From: Nemertoderma westbladi | Taxonomy: Eukaryota > Animalia > Xenacoelomorpha | DNA length: 64,000 nt | NCBI GenBank assembly: GCA_032718475.1 | Contig: JAUCBJ010001846.1 | Coordinates: 310,001 to 374,000 of the forward strand | Direction of reading: 5' to 3' | In this document: positions 10,463 through 19,860 of the stretch, piece after piece | How positions within the stretch are numbered: the first letter of the stretch is position 1 | Layout of the letters: every line of letters begins with the position of its first letter | Made by a program: the position numbers and the translations under genes | The notes under the pieces: generated by a model | What the model was told of the DNA's origin: nothing | The model's database searches: none | What the model saw: the letters and a program-made list of their open reading frames with translations, nothing else

Positions 10463-11160
10463 GTCTCAATTTTCTCACCATGAGCACTGGCGGTATTTTG
10501 ATCAAACTATCAATTGGTTTGAATACAATCAAGCCGTGAGTGGCTTGTTGCTTGTTTTTAGTGTTTTAAGCAAGGTGTTGGTGGGTATTATTGGATGTCG
10601 CTAATTAACCCATAGAATAGATTTGGCTTTAAAAGACGATCAGTTGAGAACTGATCAAAAAAGAACGATACAACAATCGGTTGTGGCGGATGTTAGTGCA
10701 TGGCTGTATTCCTAATCCTTGGTGCATTGACTGGACGCTGTTGGTTGAGTTTTTGCGTGCTGATTGGTTGTGTTTTGCTGTCAACAGCGGCGGTTATCTC
10801 TATCATAGTTGCTATTATAGCCTTCACGTGTCTTTCAAGTAAGCTCCAAGCTGATTTGTGAACTACTTTTTGTTTTGAAAGTGGTAGGCTGCTGGCGCTT
10901 TTTTGGGCTGTCAACAACAAACCATTTGTTTAAAAATATATGTGATTTATACATAACGGTGTGTTTGTTCTGACTGCAAATAGAATGATTAAGCGGTCAG
11001 CGTATTTTCTGTTAGGTTAGTAGTTTTTTTGCTTTCATATGATGGGCAAGTTGCTTTTTGATGCCATCTTTTTATCAAAGTAGCCAGTTGCTTTGTATTT
11101 GTTTGGGTAATCATGCCATCAATTGATCATTTAAGTTTGTTGTATCAACTTAATTGATGC

Positions 11161-12627
11161 TTAAGATTTTATGGAATTTAGGTATGCGATGCTCATTTTT
11201 TGCATTAATAGCTCAGAATCTAATGGCTTAGGCAAATAATCGTTCATACCAGAGAACTTCGCCTTTTGTTGTTTTTGCTTTGAAAACTCACTGCTTATTC
11301 CAATAACCGGTATGGTCTGATAAGCCTTAAATTGAGAAAAAACTTGACCTAAACGTAGTTGCTTGCATATCTCAAACCCATCTAATTCTGGTATTTCAAT
11401 ATCTGTTAATATTAAATCACAGGTGCATGTATCCAGTATTTTTAATCCGGCTTGTCCACTTTTAGTTGTTATTAGTTTAACGGTATAATTTTTTAATATA
11501 TCGCTGATCAATAAATGATTGATTGGGTCATCATCAATTAATAAAACAGTTTTACCCATTAATACAATTTTTGAGTCAGCATTGGGGATGGTGACGCGAA
11601 AACAACTCCCTTGATTTTCGACACTATCAACTGATATGTCACCACCCACTTCCTTTAAAGATTGTACAACCAAGTACAAACCCAAACCTGAGCCTTTCAC
11701 AGACGAGCTAACGCGATAAAACATGTCAAAAATGGATGCCAAATGTTTTTTTGCAATGCCTATTCCATTGTCTTTTACTTCAATCACGGCTTGTTTTGGC
11801 GAGCAAGTGACCCCAATTGTTACCTTGGGTTGATGGGTTGGGTCATAATTACCATAACGAATAGCATTGTGAATTAAATTTTGAATAATGGCCTTTAAGG
11901 CATTGGGTTGTGTCATAAAGGTTTCTGTTTGTTTAACGTCTACTTTAATACAGTTTTTCTGGTAGTTAGGAATATACATGATTGATTCAAGAATCAACTT
12001 AATTTCTGCTTTAAAATCAAATAAGACCATTTTAGTAGGTTGTGCAATCACTTTTTGAAAGGTAGTTAAATCATGCAAAATATCATGGGCGCGGTCTAAA
12101 CTTGACTTCATTTGTTTTGAATAGGTTTTAAAACTTTCTTGGTTCAAGTTATTTTCTGATTCAATCAACTCAATAATGCCTTTGATGGAAGCCAAAGGGC
12201 CGTTAATATCATGAGAAACACGATCAATAAATAAGTCTTTCTCTTGTGCTTTTTGATACGTAGCGTAAGCAGATTGAATGACTTTAATAAGGGCGTCTTT
12301 ATCCCAAGGTTTTGCGATATAGTAATACACACTGCCTTTATTAATGGCATCAATGATGCTATCAATATCGCTATAGGCGGTTATCAATATGCGTATCGCT
12401 TGGGGGTGAGTTTGTTGAACTTGAGATAAAAACTCAACGCCGCTAATCTGGGGCATTCGTTGATCAGATAACACCACATGAATCTCATGTTCATCAAGAA
12501 TTTTTCGAGCCGTTTTTAGATCAGTCGTGGTGTGAATATTAAAATGCTCACGAAAATTTGCTTTAAAAGACAATAAATTATGCGGCTCATCGTCAAAAAA
12601 CAACACGTTAGTTGATTTAGAAATCAT
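11161..12627 (-). CDS. cytoplasmic hybrid histidine kinase (REC-HisKA-HATPase-REC)
   Basis: DDE/SDQRMP receiver, SHDINGPL H-box, NAIRY, DNGIGI and GSGLGL boxes, second receiver (IDDD, TDIEIP, KP). Confidence 0.92.
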   Translation of the reverse strand: MISKSTNVLFFDDEPHNLLSFKANFREHFNIHTTTDLKTARKILDEHEIHVVLSDQRMPQISGVEFLSQVQQTHPQAIRILITAYSDIDSIIDAINKGSVYYYIAKPWDKDALIKVIQSAYATYQKAQEKDLFIDRVSHDINGPLASIKGIIELIESENNLNQESFKTYSKQMKSSLDRAHDILHDLTTFQKVIAQPTKMVLFDFKAEIKLILESIMYIPNYQKNCIKVDVKQTETFMTQPNALKAIIQNLIHNAIRYGNYDPTHQPKVTIGVTCSPKQAVIEVKDNGIGIAKKHLASIFDMFYRVSSSVKGSGLGLYLVVQSLKEVGGDISVDSVENQGSCFRVTIPNADSKIVLMGKTVLLIDDDPINHLLISDILKNYTVKLITTKSGQAGLKILDTCTCDLILTDIEIPELDGFEICKQLRLGQVFSQFKAYQTIPVIGISSEFSKQKQQKAKFSGMNDYLPKPLDSELLMQKMSIAYLNSIKS

Positions 12628-12651
12628 AAATTTTCATCAAGATGATTATCT

Positions 12652-13149
12652 TTAAGATAATATTTTTTGCCTTAGCATAAACTCAAGCTGATCATTGGTT
12701 TGTATTAAATTATTCTGTAGTGCTTGTTTTTCTTGTCTCAACCAATAAAGCTCATAAGCGGCTTTAATGGCAGCCAAAAGGTGGTCGTAATCCCAAGGCT
12801 TGGTGATGTAGCGATAAATCTCCCCCAGATTAATCGCATCAATCGCGGCGCTCATATCACTATAACCCGTTAATAAAATTCGACTTGGGTCAGGCAATAC
12901 CGTTTTTAATTGGTTAAAAAATTCAATGCCCGTCATTTTGGGCATGCGTTGGTCTGAAATCACCACCTCAATGTTATGTTTTTTAACCAGCTCAATCGCT
13001 AGGATGGGTTGTTCGGTGGTGGTAATGTCAAATTGATGACGAAAACTTGCTTTTAGCGCAATTAAATTATTGACTTCATCATCAATATATAAAACCCGAA
13101 TGCGATCAGTTTTTGGAACTAAATGTTGTTTGGTCTTGTCTTTACACAT
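12652..13149 (-). CDS. stand-alone receiver-domain response regulator with C-terminal coiled coil
   Basis: YIDDE, SDQRMP, LTGY, KPW; no HTH domain. Confidence 0.9.
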   Translation of the reverse strand: MCKDKTKQHLVPKTDRIRVLYIDDEVNNLIALKASFRHQFDITTTEQPILAIELVKKHNIEVVISDQRMPKMTGIEFFNQLKTVLPDPSRILLTGYSDMSAAIDAINLGEIYRYITKPWDYDHLLAAIKAAYELYWLRQEKQALQNNLIQTNDQLEFMLRQKILS

Positions 13150-13374
13150 GTTTTTTATTCCCTCTCCTGAGCGTATAATAAACCATTATGCTGGTATTTT
13201 TGCAAACTTAGATTATCGTTACAATAAGGTATGTCTCGTTTTTTAACTTTGAGATAATTATTTTTTCATGCTAATAGTTATTATTAGAATGAGCAACAAA
13301 ATAATTAGTTTACATGAAACCAAATTCACCTGATCAATGTATTGGTGACATTTAAAATTGTAGCGCTTTGATAT

Positions 13375-14085
13375 ATGTTTCATATTTATGTTTTTAGAGC
13401 CATCGATGACCCCGACCAATGCCAAGCGTTTGCAAAAGGTCATGCCGAGGTGTTAAAGAGTTATGGCATTAAAAAGCTCACCTCCACAGAGCATACGTGG
13501 ATGGCGGACACAAATGTTTATATCGTTGCCGTGAAAGATGTAGAATCTCAAGAAATGGTTGGGGGCGTCCGAATTCATTTAACGAACTTAAGTGCAAGGG
13601 TATCTCTGCCTGTAGAGCAAGCCTTGGGGTCATTGGACGATAAAGTGTCTGCCTTGATTGATGATTACCTTCGAACAACCGGTCAAAAGGTAAGCGAGCT
13701 GTGTGCACTGTGGAATGCTAGAAAAGTATGGGGCAAGGGGTTAGCGTTACTAGTGTGTCGGGCTTGTGTTGCAAGGTCTGGATTAGTGCTATTTAGTCAG
13801 TTAGGTGTTGGTTGTTCATTGGCTTTTTGTGCCCATTGGACAGTCCGAATGTTTAAGGACTTTGGTTATGTAGCTGAAGAGCGTGTTGGCAGCCAAGGTA
13901 TCTTTCCTTATCCCAAGCCTAATTTGTCAGCCACAATGATGATCACCTCTGATATTCACAATTTAAATAAGGCAACCCCAGACAATAGAGAAAGTATTTT
14001 CAACTTACGACAACACCCAGTTCAAAAAAAAATGGAGGTGTATAAAAACAAGTCCTTTAAAGTGTCTTACGACCTTGAATTATAA
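13375..14085 (+). CDS. hypothetical GNAT-fold protein, putative LuxI/FeeM-like acyltransferase
   Basis: 236 aa; VGGVRIH..LP and ELCALWN fall where LuxI/FeeM have R-L..LP and E-x-S/G-R. Assignment is by pattern only. Confidence 0.5.
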   Translation: MFHIYVFRAIDDPDQCQAFAKGHAEVLKSYGIKKLTSTEHTWMADTNVYIVAVKDVESQEMVGGVRIHLTNLSARVSLPVEQALGSLDDKVSALIDDYLRTTGQKVSELCALWNARKVWGKGLALLVCRACVARSGLVLFSQLGVGCSLAFCAHWTVRMFKDFGYVAEERVGSQGIFPYPKPNLSATMMITSDIHNLNKATPDNRESIFNLRQHPVQKKMEVYKNKSFKVSYDLEL

Positions 14086-16231
14086 AGGGGGCAGCTCATT
14101 GAGTTGGTTAAAATACTCACCCATCGCTTTTGCAATAAAGGGCTATTTATGGTTTTTGATCAGTACTGTTCAAATACTGCAAGCAAGCGCTTTTATCCCG
14201 CCCAATCCGATAGCACCCATCAGCCAAGGTGGTCAGTTTTGGGTGGCAGAAGATACAACAGGTGATTTAACCCTTAACCATATTAAACAACTAAGTAATT
14301 GGAAGCGTTGGGAAGGAAGCATACTAAATTTTGGCATGACCCAATCTACTTGGTGGGTTAAGTTTGCTATCAACAATGTAGCCCCCAACCACTACCTTCG
14401 CCTACAAGCCCCCTTAATTGATTACATTGATGTGTATTTTGTTAATAATCGGGGCATTGACCATCGCCAAAGTGGGGCAGCGTACCCATTTAGTCAGCGA
14501 GAAATATCTGCCCTTAATTATTTATTTAAAATCCCCCAAGGCCAGTCAACCGTTTATATACGTTTGTTAAGTAATTTTGCCCTGCAAGTGCCAATAGATA
14601 TGGCCAATTTAAGCGCTTTGAATAAAGAAAGTGCTAACGAGTATTGGTTATTAGGCTTGTATTTTGGGCTGATGCTGACCATGATTTTTTATAACCTATT
14701 TGTCTATACATCAGTGCGCGATAAGGTGTACCTTTTTTATATTCTATATATCATCTCTGTCACCGTACTGTATGCCAGTTTTCAAGGCATTACCTTTCAA
14801 TATTTATGGCCTAATACCCCGAATATTAATACCTTGGTGCCTACGTTTGCTGCAATGGCCGCAATCTTTATCACTTTATTTGGGTGGTATTTTATAGGTA
14901 TCAATAAAAAGCGCTTTGTAAAAACACATAAGCTATTTTTGTTATTGATTGTTATTTTTATTGCTTGTGGTATCGCCAATCTGTTGGGTGAGTATTATAT
15001 CAATGCCAATATCTCGCAGCTTCTTACAATGGTCATATCGTTTTCTTTATTATTTATCTGTGCAGTTGTGTACGGGCGTGGGGGTAAAAATGTACGGTTT
15101 TTCTTGTTGGCATGGTCTTTGTACTTAACATCGGTGATTATTTATATTCTTCAATTACAAGCCGTGATTGATTATAACAACTTTACCAATAATTCAGTGT
15201 TGTATGGCTCAGCAATCGGGGTGTTGTTGCTTTCTTTTGCCTTGGCAGATCGAATTAATTGGTTTAAAAAAGAAAAAGAAGCCTCACAACAACAAGCCTT
15301 ACAAGCCTTTGAAGAGAACGAGCGTATTGTTCGTGAACAAAATATTTACTTAGAAAGCCGTGTAACGGATAGAACCAAAAAATTGAATCAATCCAACCAA
15401 ACCTTACAACAAACCCTTGTTGAGCTTAAACAAACCCAATCTAAAATGGTGGAATCTGAAAAAATGATGTCCTTAGGCCAGCTAACCGCCGGCATTGCCC
15501 ATGAAATTAACAATCCCCTAACCTTTATTAAGGCTAACATTCACCCCTTAAAGCGAGATGTTTTAGCATTAAATGAACTGATCCGTCTTCACGAAAACAC
15601 CACCTATGACCAATGGCAAACAAATAAAAAGTCTATTGAAGCGTTTAAACAAACAATAGACTATGATCAGTTGCAAGCAGAAGTGGGTTTGTTACTGAGT
15701 GGAATAGAAGAGGGGGCAAACCGTACCGTTAAGATTGTTGAAAGCCTCAAATCGTTTTCTCGGTTGAATAATAATGATTTTCGAGACTATCGCTTAGCCG
15801 ATGGTATTGAATCAACACTAACTTTATTGAGTCACAAAATTCAAGAACATACCATTAGTATTACCAAAGATTATCAAAAAGATGTGGTGGTATCTTGCAT
15901 GCCGGATCGTATTAATCAAGTATTGATGAATATTTTAAGCAATGCCATTGATGCGCTTAAAGATAAAGAAGGCGAGCACACCATCAATATTGCTATCAAA
16001 GCTAAAAACAAGTGGGTCACTATTGAAATTGCTGACAACGGCGTTGGCATTGAAAAAACAATTATCAATAAACTGTGTGACCCTTTTTTTACCACAAAGC
16101 CTGTGGGCAGTGGAACGGGGCTGGGGCTTTCGATTACCTATGGCATTATTAAAGAACACAAAGGGGAGATTCATATAGACTCTATCCTCGGTGAAAAAAC
16201 AGTGGTAACCGTCAAATTACCAACAACCTAA
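14075..16231 (+). CDS. 7TM-DISM sensor histidine kinase
   Basis: DISMED2-like region (NFGMTQSTWWVKF, PFSQRE), 7TM (YNLFVY..YLFY), AGIAHEINNPL, NAIDA, PFFTTK, GTGLGL. Start codon uncertain. Confidence 0.92.
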   Translation: MNYKGGSSLSWLKYSPIAFAIKGYLWFLISTVQILQASAFIPPNPIAPISQGGQFWVAEDTTGDLTLNHIKQLSNWKRWEGSILNFGMTQSTWWVKFAINNVAPNHYLRLQAPLIDYIDVYFVNNRGIDHRQSGAAYPFSQREISALNYLFKIPQGQSTVYIRLLSNFALQVPIDMANLSALNKESANEYWLLGLYFGLMLTMIFYNLFVYTSVRDKVYLFYILYIISVTVLYASFQGITFQYLWPNTPNINTLVPTFAAMAAIFITLFGWYFIGINKKRFVKTHKLFLLLIVIFIACGIANLLGEYYINANISQLLTMVISFSLLFICAVVYGRGGKNVRFFLLAWSLYLTSVIIYILQLQAVIDYNNFTNNSVLYGSAIGVLLLSFALADRINWFKKEKEASQQQALQAFEENERIVREQNIYLESRVTDRTKKLNQSNQTLQQTLVELKQTQSKMVESEKMMSLGQLTAGIAHEINNPLTFIKANIHPLKRDVLALNELIRLHENTTYDQWQTNKKSIEAFKQTIDYDQLQAEVGLLLSGIEEGANRTVKIVESLKSFSRLNNNDFRDYRLADGIESTLTLLSHKIQEHTISITKDYQKDVVVSCMPDRINQVLMNILSNAIDALKDKEGEHTINIAIKAKNKWVTIEIADNGVGIEKTIINKLCDPFFTTKPVGSGTGLGLSITYGIIKEHKGEIHIDSILGEKTVVTVKLPTT

Positions 16232-16245
16232 TTGAAGGAGGTTTT

Positions 16246-17667
16246 GTGAAACAAAGTGATCTTATTGTTCAGGCAGAAACAAACATAACGGCGTTTCCCA
16301 AAAAAGATATCCGCTTCGTTCATCGGCCTAGGCATTTGGCTGAGCTTCAAACACTTGTGAAAGAACACCATCAAAATCGAACGCCAATGTATGTGGTAAG
16401 CACCGGTAAAAACTGGGGCTTGGGTTCCAAACAACCCGTTACCCACGAAAATTCTGTTGTGATTTTAGAGCGAATGAATGCAATTATTGAAGTTAATTCA
16501 AATGATCGCTACGCCATCATTGAACCAGGCGTTACCCAAAAACAACTATCAGATTATTTGCTCACCCATCACCCCCACCTTAAATTTCCTGTCACCGGCT
16601 CTGCTGAAAATACAAGCATCGTCGGCAACATGCTAGAGCGGGGGGCTGCCTTTGGGCATCGCAATAAATTACTGATCGGGCTGGAAGTAATGCTTGCGTC
16701 TGGCAAATTAGTGAGAACTGGCTTTTGGCATTATTTTAAAGAAAACAACCCCCTAGCTTTTCATTACCCTGCTGGGCATGGGCCTGACGTGAGAGGATTA
16801 TTTACCCAATCCAACCTTGGCATTACCACGAAGATGGTGATACGACTGCCAATTAAAAAAAATACAGTAGGCGTTGTGATGCATTTTACAGAAAATAATT
16901 TAGAGTCGACTACCAACACGCTACGAGACTTGGTTGAACACAATATCCTTGACGAAGGTGTACTCATTACCAACTTAAACGACCCAAGAACCACCCGCCA
17001 TCAAAATTATACCTATAGCAAGCAGTGGTTTGCTTGTGCTCATTTTTCGGGCGATGATGATTTCATCCAACTTAAAACGAAAAAAATTAAAAAAGCCCTA
17101 TCACCCTTAAGCGATTATTTAACCGTTTTATCCAATGATCCCGATGCAACAACCGAACACCCGTATCACGACATATTAAAAAAAGCCCTACAAGGCATTC
17201 CCACCAACTACAGCCTTCAAACCATGGCAGGTATCACCCACACAACCTTAAGTGATGACAAAATTGACTTAAACCCCAAGGTGGTCGGTTTAATTTCTTG
17301 TTTGCCAGCCGTTGCGTTTGACGGCAAACGTGTGCAGGAAGTCAAAACCTTGGTAGATCAGGTTTCTAAAAAACTGGATGTGAGAGCTTATCATAACTTT
17401 GCCTCAATTGATGAATTAACCCTTGAAGGATTTTATCGGGTTTATTTTGATCGAGAAGACAAAGCGGCTGTCAAACAAGCACATCTGTGGGGCCAAACAG
17501 TTCATAAAGCACTCAAAGAAAATGGGTTTTTCCCTTATCGAATTGATAACCAAAGCATGAAAATTTTTACCAATCATCATGATCCCTACTGGCAGCTAAT
17601 CGCCCAATTAAAAACCGCGCTTGACCCGCATCATATTATCTCACCTGAAAAATATAATGTGGTTTAA
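16246..17667 (+). CDS. FAD-dependent oxidoreductase, VAO/p-cresol methylhydroxylase family
   Basis: STGKNWGLGS, EPGVT, GNMLERG, GPDVRGLFTQSNLGITTKM, LDPHHIISP; GGAGG SD before GTG. Confidence 0.88.
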   Translation: MKQSDLIVQAETNITAFPKKDIRFVHRPRHLAELQTLVKEHHQNRTPMYVVSTGKNWGLGSKQPVTHENSVVILERMNAIIEVNSNDRYAIIEPGVTQKQLSDYLLTHHPHLKFPVTGSAENTSIVGNMLERGAAFGHRNKLLIGLEVMLASGKLVRTGFWHYFKENNPLAFHYPAGHGPDVRGLFTQSNLGITTKMVIRLPIKKNTVGVVMHFTENNLESTTNTLRDLVEHNILDEGVLITNLNDPRTTRHQNYTYSKQWFACAHFSGDDDFIQLKTKKIKKALSPLSDYLTVLSNDPDATTEHPYHDILKKALQGIPTNYSLQTMAGITHTTLSDDKIDLNPKVVGLISCLPAVAFDGKRVQEVKTLVDQVSKKLDVRAYHNFASIDELTLEGFYRVYFDREDKAAVKQAHLWGQTVHKALKENGFFPYRIDNQSMKIFTNHHDPYWQLIAQLKTALDPHHIISPEKYNVV

Positions 17668-17745
17668 ATTTAGCTTTGGGCTTCACATTAAAACCAACTT
17701 TTTCATAGCCAGCGTTTTTGCTTGCAATCGTTATATAATCTCATT

Positions 17746-18059
17746 ATGGAAGACAAATTCTTAATCGAACGACTAGACGCCAAATACCAAGAAGCCCAAG
17801 ACCGCTTCAAAGATGGTGAGCATACACACGAAGACTTAACCATTATGATGCTCTCAAGCACCAAACCAACCACATTACTCATTTAGAAATAGATATTGAT
17901 AGACGGTTTGATTTAATTGATAAACGGTTTGATCAGGTTGGGGAAGAAATGAAACGCTTGGATCAAAAAATCGACATCTTCGTCTGGAAAATGATCACCG
18001 CCATGTTTGCGATGTTCATCATATTTTCAGCCATTATTATTGGCTTTTTAAAATTCTGA
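17746..18059 (+). pseudogene. frameshifted coiled-coil protein with C-terminal membrane anchor (Bdr/DUF1640-like)
   Basis: MEDKFLIERLD...MML stops at 17886; the shifted frame from CTCTC (17851-55) reads KHQTNHITHLEIDIDRRFDLIDKRFDQV...AIIIGFLKF*. Confidence 0.7.
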
Positions 18060-18167
18060 CTTCAAAGTTATCTACCATCGGGCTAAAACAAGCCGTTAAA
18101 ATCAACTTAACGTTTCCAAGCGGTTTTGCCAAATCGCTAAATGCAACATTTAGATACAAAAGAAAAC

Positions 18168-18251
18168 TACCCGGAGCCGGACTCGAACCGGCACAGTATT
18201 ACTACCGAGGGATTTTAAGTCCCTTGTGTCTACCAATTCCACCACCCGGGC
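18168..18251 (-). tRNA. tRNA-Leu(TAA)
   Basis: Reverse complement GCCCGGG..GGGACTTAAAATCCC..long variable arm..GGTTCGAGTCC. Confidence 0.96.
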
Positions 18252-18377
18252 AGCCACAAACAGTATAGTGGATATTAAAAGTTAAAGAAATACCCTTCAA
18301 ATTTAGGCAACAAAATAGCAAACTTGTGTTGTATGATAATTTTTTTTACACCCAAGCGCGGCTTTCAATCAAAATAA

Positions 18378-19475
18378 ATGGCTGAAAAATCCACCACCCC
18401 TGAAACATTAATGAACACTTTTTTGCACAATTGGCATATCAAACAAAACGCCAAATTGGTTAATTTTTGCAATTTTTCAATGCCGCTTCATTACGGTTCT
18501 CAAATTAAAGAACATTTAACCGTACGCCAAAACGCTGGGCTATTTGATGTGTCACACATGCAAATAACAGACATCACTGGCAAAAAATCCCTTGATTTTT
18601 TAGCTTACCTACTGCCTACAGACACGCGCAAACTCACAATAGGCCACGGTTTTTACACCTGTTTAGTCAATGAAAAAGGCGGGGTGATAGACGATGTCAT
18701 CTTATACCAAACCGATTGGGGGTATCGGCTGGTAAGCAACAGTGGCTCTAAAAATGCTGTCAAAACACACCTTCAAACTTATTCCAAGCCCTTTGATATC
18801 ACACTGAATGTGCGTGATGATCTAGGTATCATTGCTTGCCAAGGGCCACACGCAGCCAAGTATGTAGCCAGATACATGGGGGATCAAATCCAACATCTCA
18901 AACCTTTTAAGTGCTGCCAAATAGGTGGGCTATTGGTCGCAAGAACCGGCTACACAGGCGGCGATGGCTTTGAAATAATGGGCAATTTTGAAAACCTAAC
19001 CCACCTATGGCAACAACTCATTAATGCGGGGGTCGAGTGTTGCGGCTTGGGTGCTCGCGATAGCTTACGACTAGAAGCTGGGCTTTTATTGGCAGGGCAG
19101 AATATGAACAATACCCACACCCCGTGGGAATGCAGGCTAGGGCGTTTGGTACATTTAGATGATCGCAACTTTTTAGGCCAAAACGCATTACAACAAACAA
19201 AACAACAGCCTGCCACACAACTTTATTACGCCACCACTCAAAAAAGAATACCGCGTTTAAGCGCAACAGTTCAAACCAATGCACGCAAACCAGTGGGGGT
19301 GGTCACCAGCAGCAGTTTCTCACCCATTCTAAAAAAACCCATTGCGATGCTTCGTCTAAAAACAGATGATTACAAAACAGTATTCGTCCAAATTGGTGAG
19401 CAACAAATAGCATTAACCGTGCATCCAAAACCTTGTTTTTATCAAGGCCAATATCATAAAACAACAAACAAGTGA
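18378..19475 (+). CDS. gcvT: glycine cleavage aminomethyltransferase
   Basis: GLFDVSHM, RTGYTG, GLGARDSLRLEAG; start may be 18411. Confidence 0.96.
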   Translation: MAEKSTTPETLMNTFLHNWHIKQNAKLVNFCNFSMPLHYGSQIKEHLTVRQNAGLFDVSHMQITDITGKKSLDFLAYLLPTDTRKLTIGHGFYTCLVNEKGGVIDDVILYQTDWGYRLVSNSGSKNAVKTHLQTYSKPFDITLNVRDDLGIIACQGPHAAKYVARYMGDQIQHLKPFKCCQIGGLLVARTGYTGGDGFEIMGNFENLTHLWQQLINAGVECCGLGARDSLRLEAGLLLAGQNMNNTHTPWECRLGRLVHLDDRNFLGQNALQQTKQQPATQLYYATTQKRIPRLSATVQTNARKPVGVVTSSSFSPILKKPIAMLRLKTDDYKTVFVQIGEQQIALTVHPKPCFYQGQYHKTTNK

Positions 19476-19482
19476 GGCAAAA

Positions 19483-19860
19483 ATGAGCAAAAAATACTAC
19501 ACCCAAAATCATGAATGGATTGAAAAAAAAGGCGACACATACCGCTGTGGTATCACTTTACATGCCACCGAACTGCTATCAGACCTTGTATATATCGAAC
19601 TACCCAAAGTGGGCGACACATTAACCCAAAACCAAGTGGCAGGGGTTTTAGAATCTGTTAAAACAGCCGCTGACCTGTACATGCCCATTGGGGGAGAAGT
19701 TGAGTCAATTAACCAAATGGCCATTGAAAAGCCTGAAATTATCAACGAGAGTCCAGAGGAAAACGGTTGGCTATTTGAAATAAAAGCGAACAACATTGAT
19801 GAGCTTGAAGCGCTCATGAATCAAGCCGATTATCAAACCCACATTCAAAACAATGCTTAA
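19483..19860 (+). CDS. gcvH: glycine cleavage H protein
   Basis: HEW, ESVKT lipoyl-lysine motif. Confidence 0.97.
   Translation: MSKKYYTQNHEWIEKKGDTYRCGITLHATELLSDLVYIELPKVGDTLTQNQVAGVLESVKTAADLYMPIGGEVESINQMAIEKPEIINESPEENGWLFEIKANNIDELEALMNQADYQTHIQNNA

Noticed and set aside
10463-18251. Integrative element or prophage at tRNA-Leu
   Set aside because: No integrase, and no duplicate of the tRNA 3' end found at the left boundary. Treated only as an accessory block.
18252-18377. Glycine riboswitch upstream of gcvT
   Set aside because: The spacer is short and AT-rich and lacks the GGAGA/CCGAAG/CTCAGG aptamer motifs.
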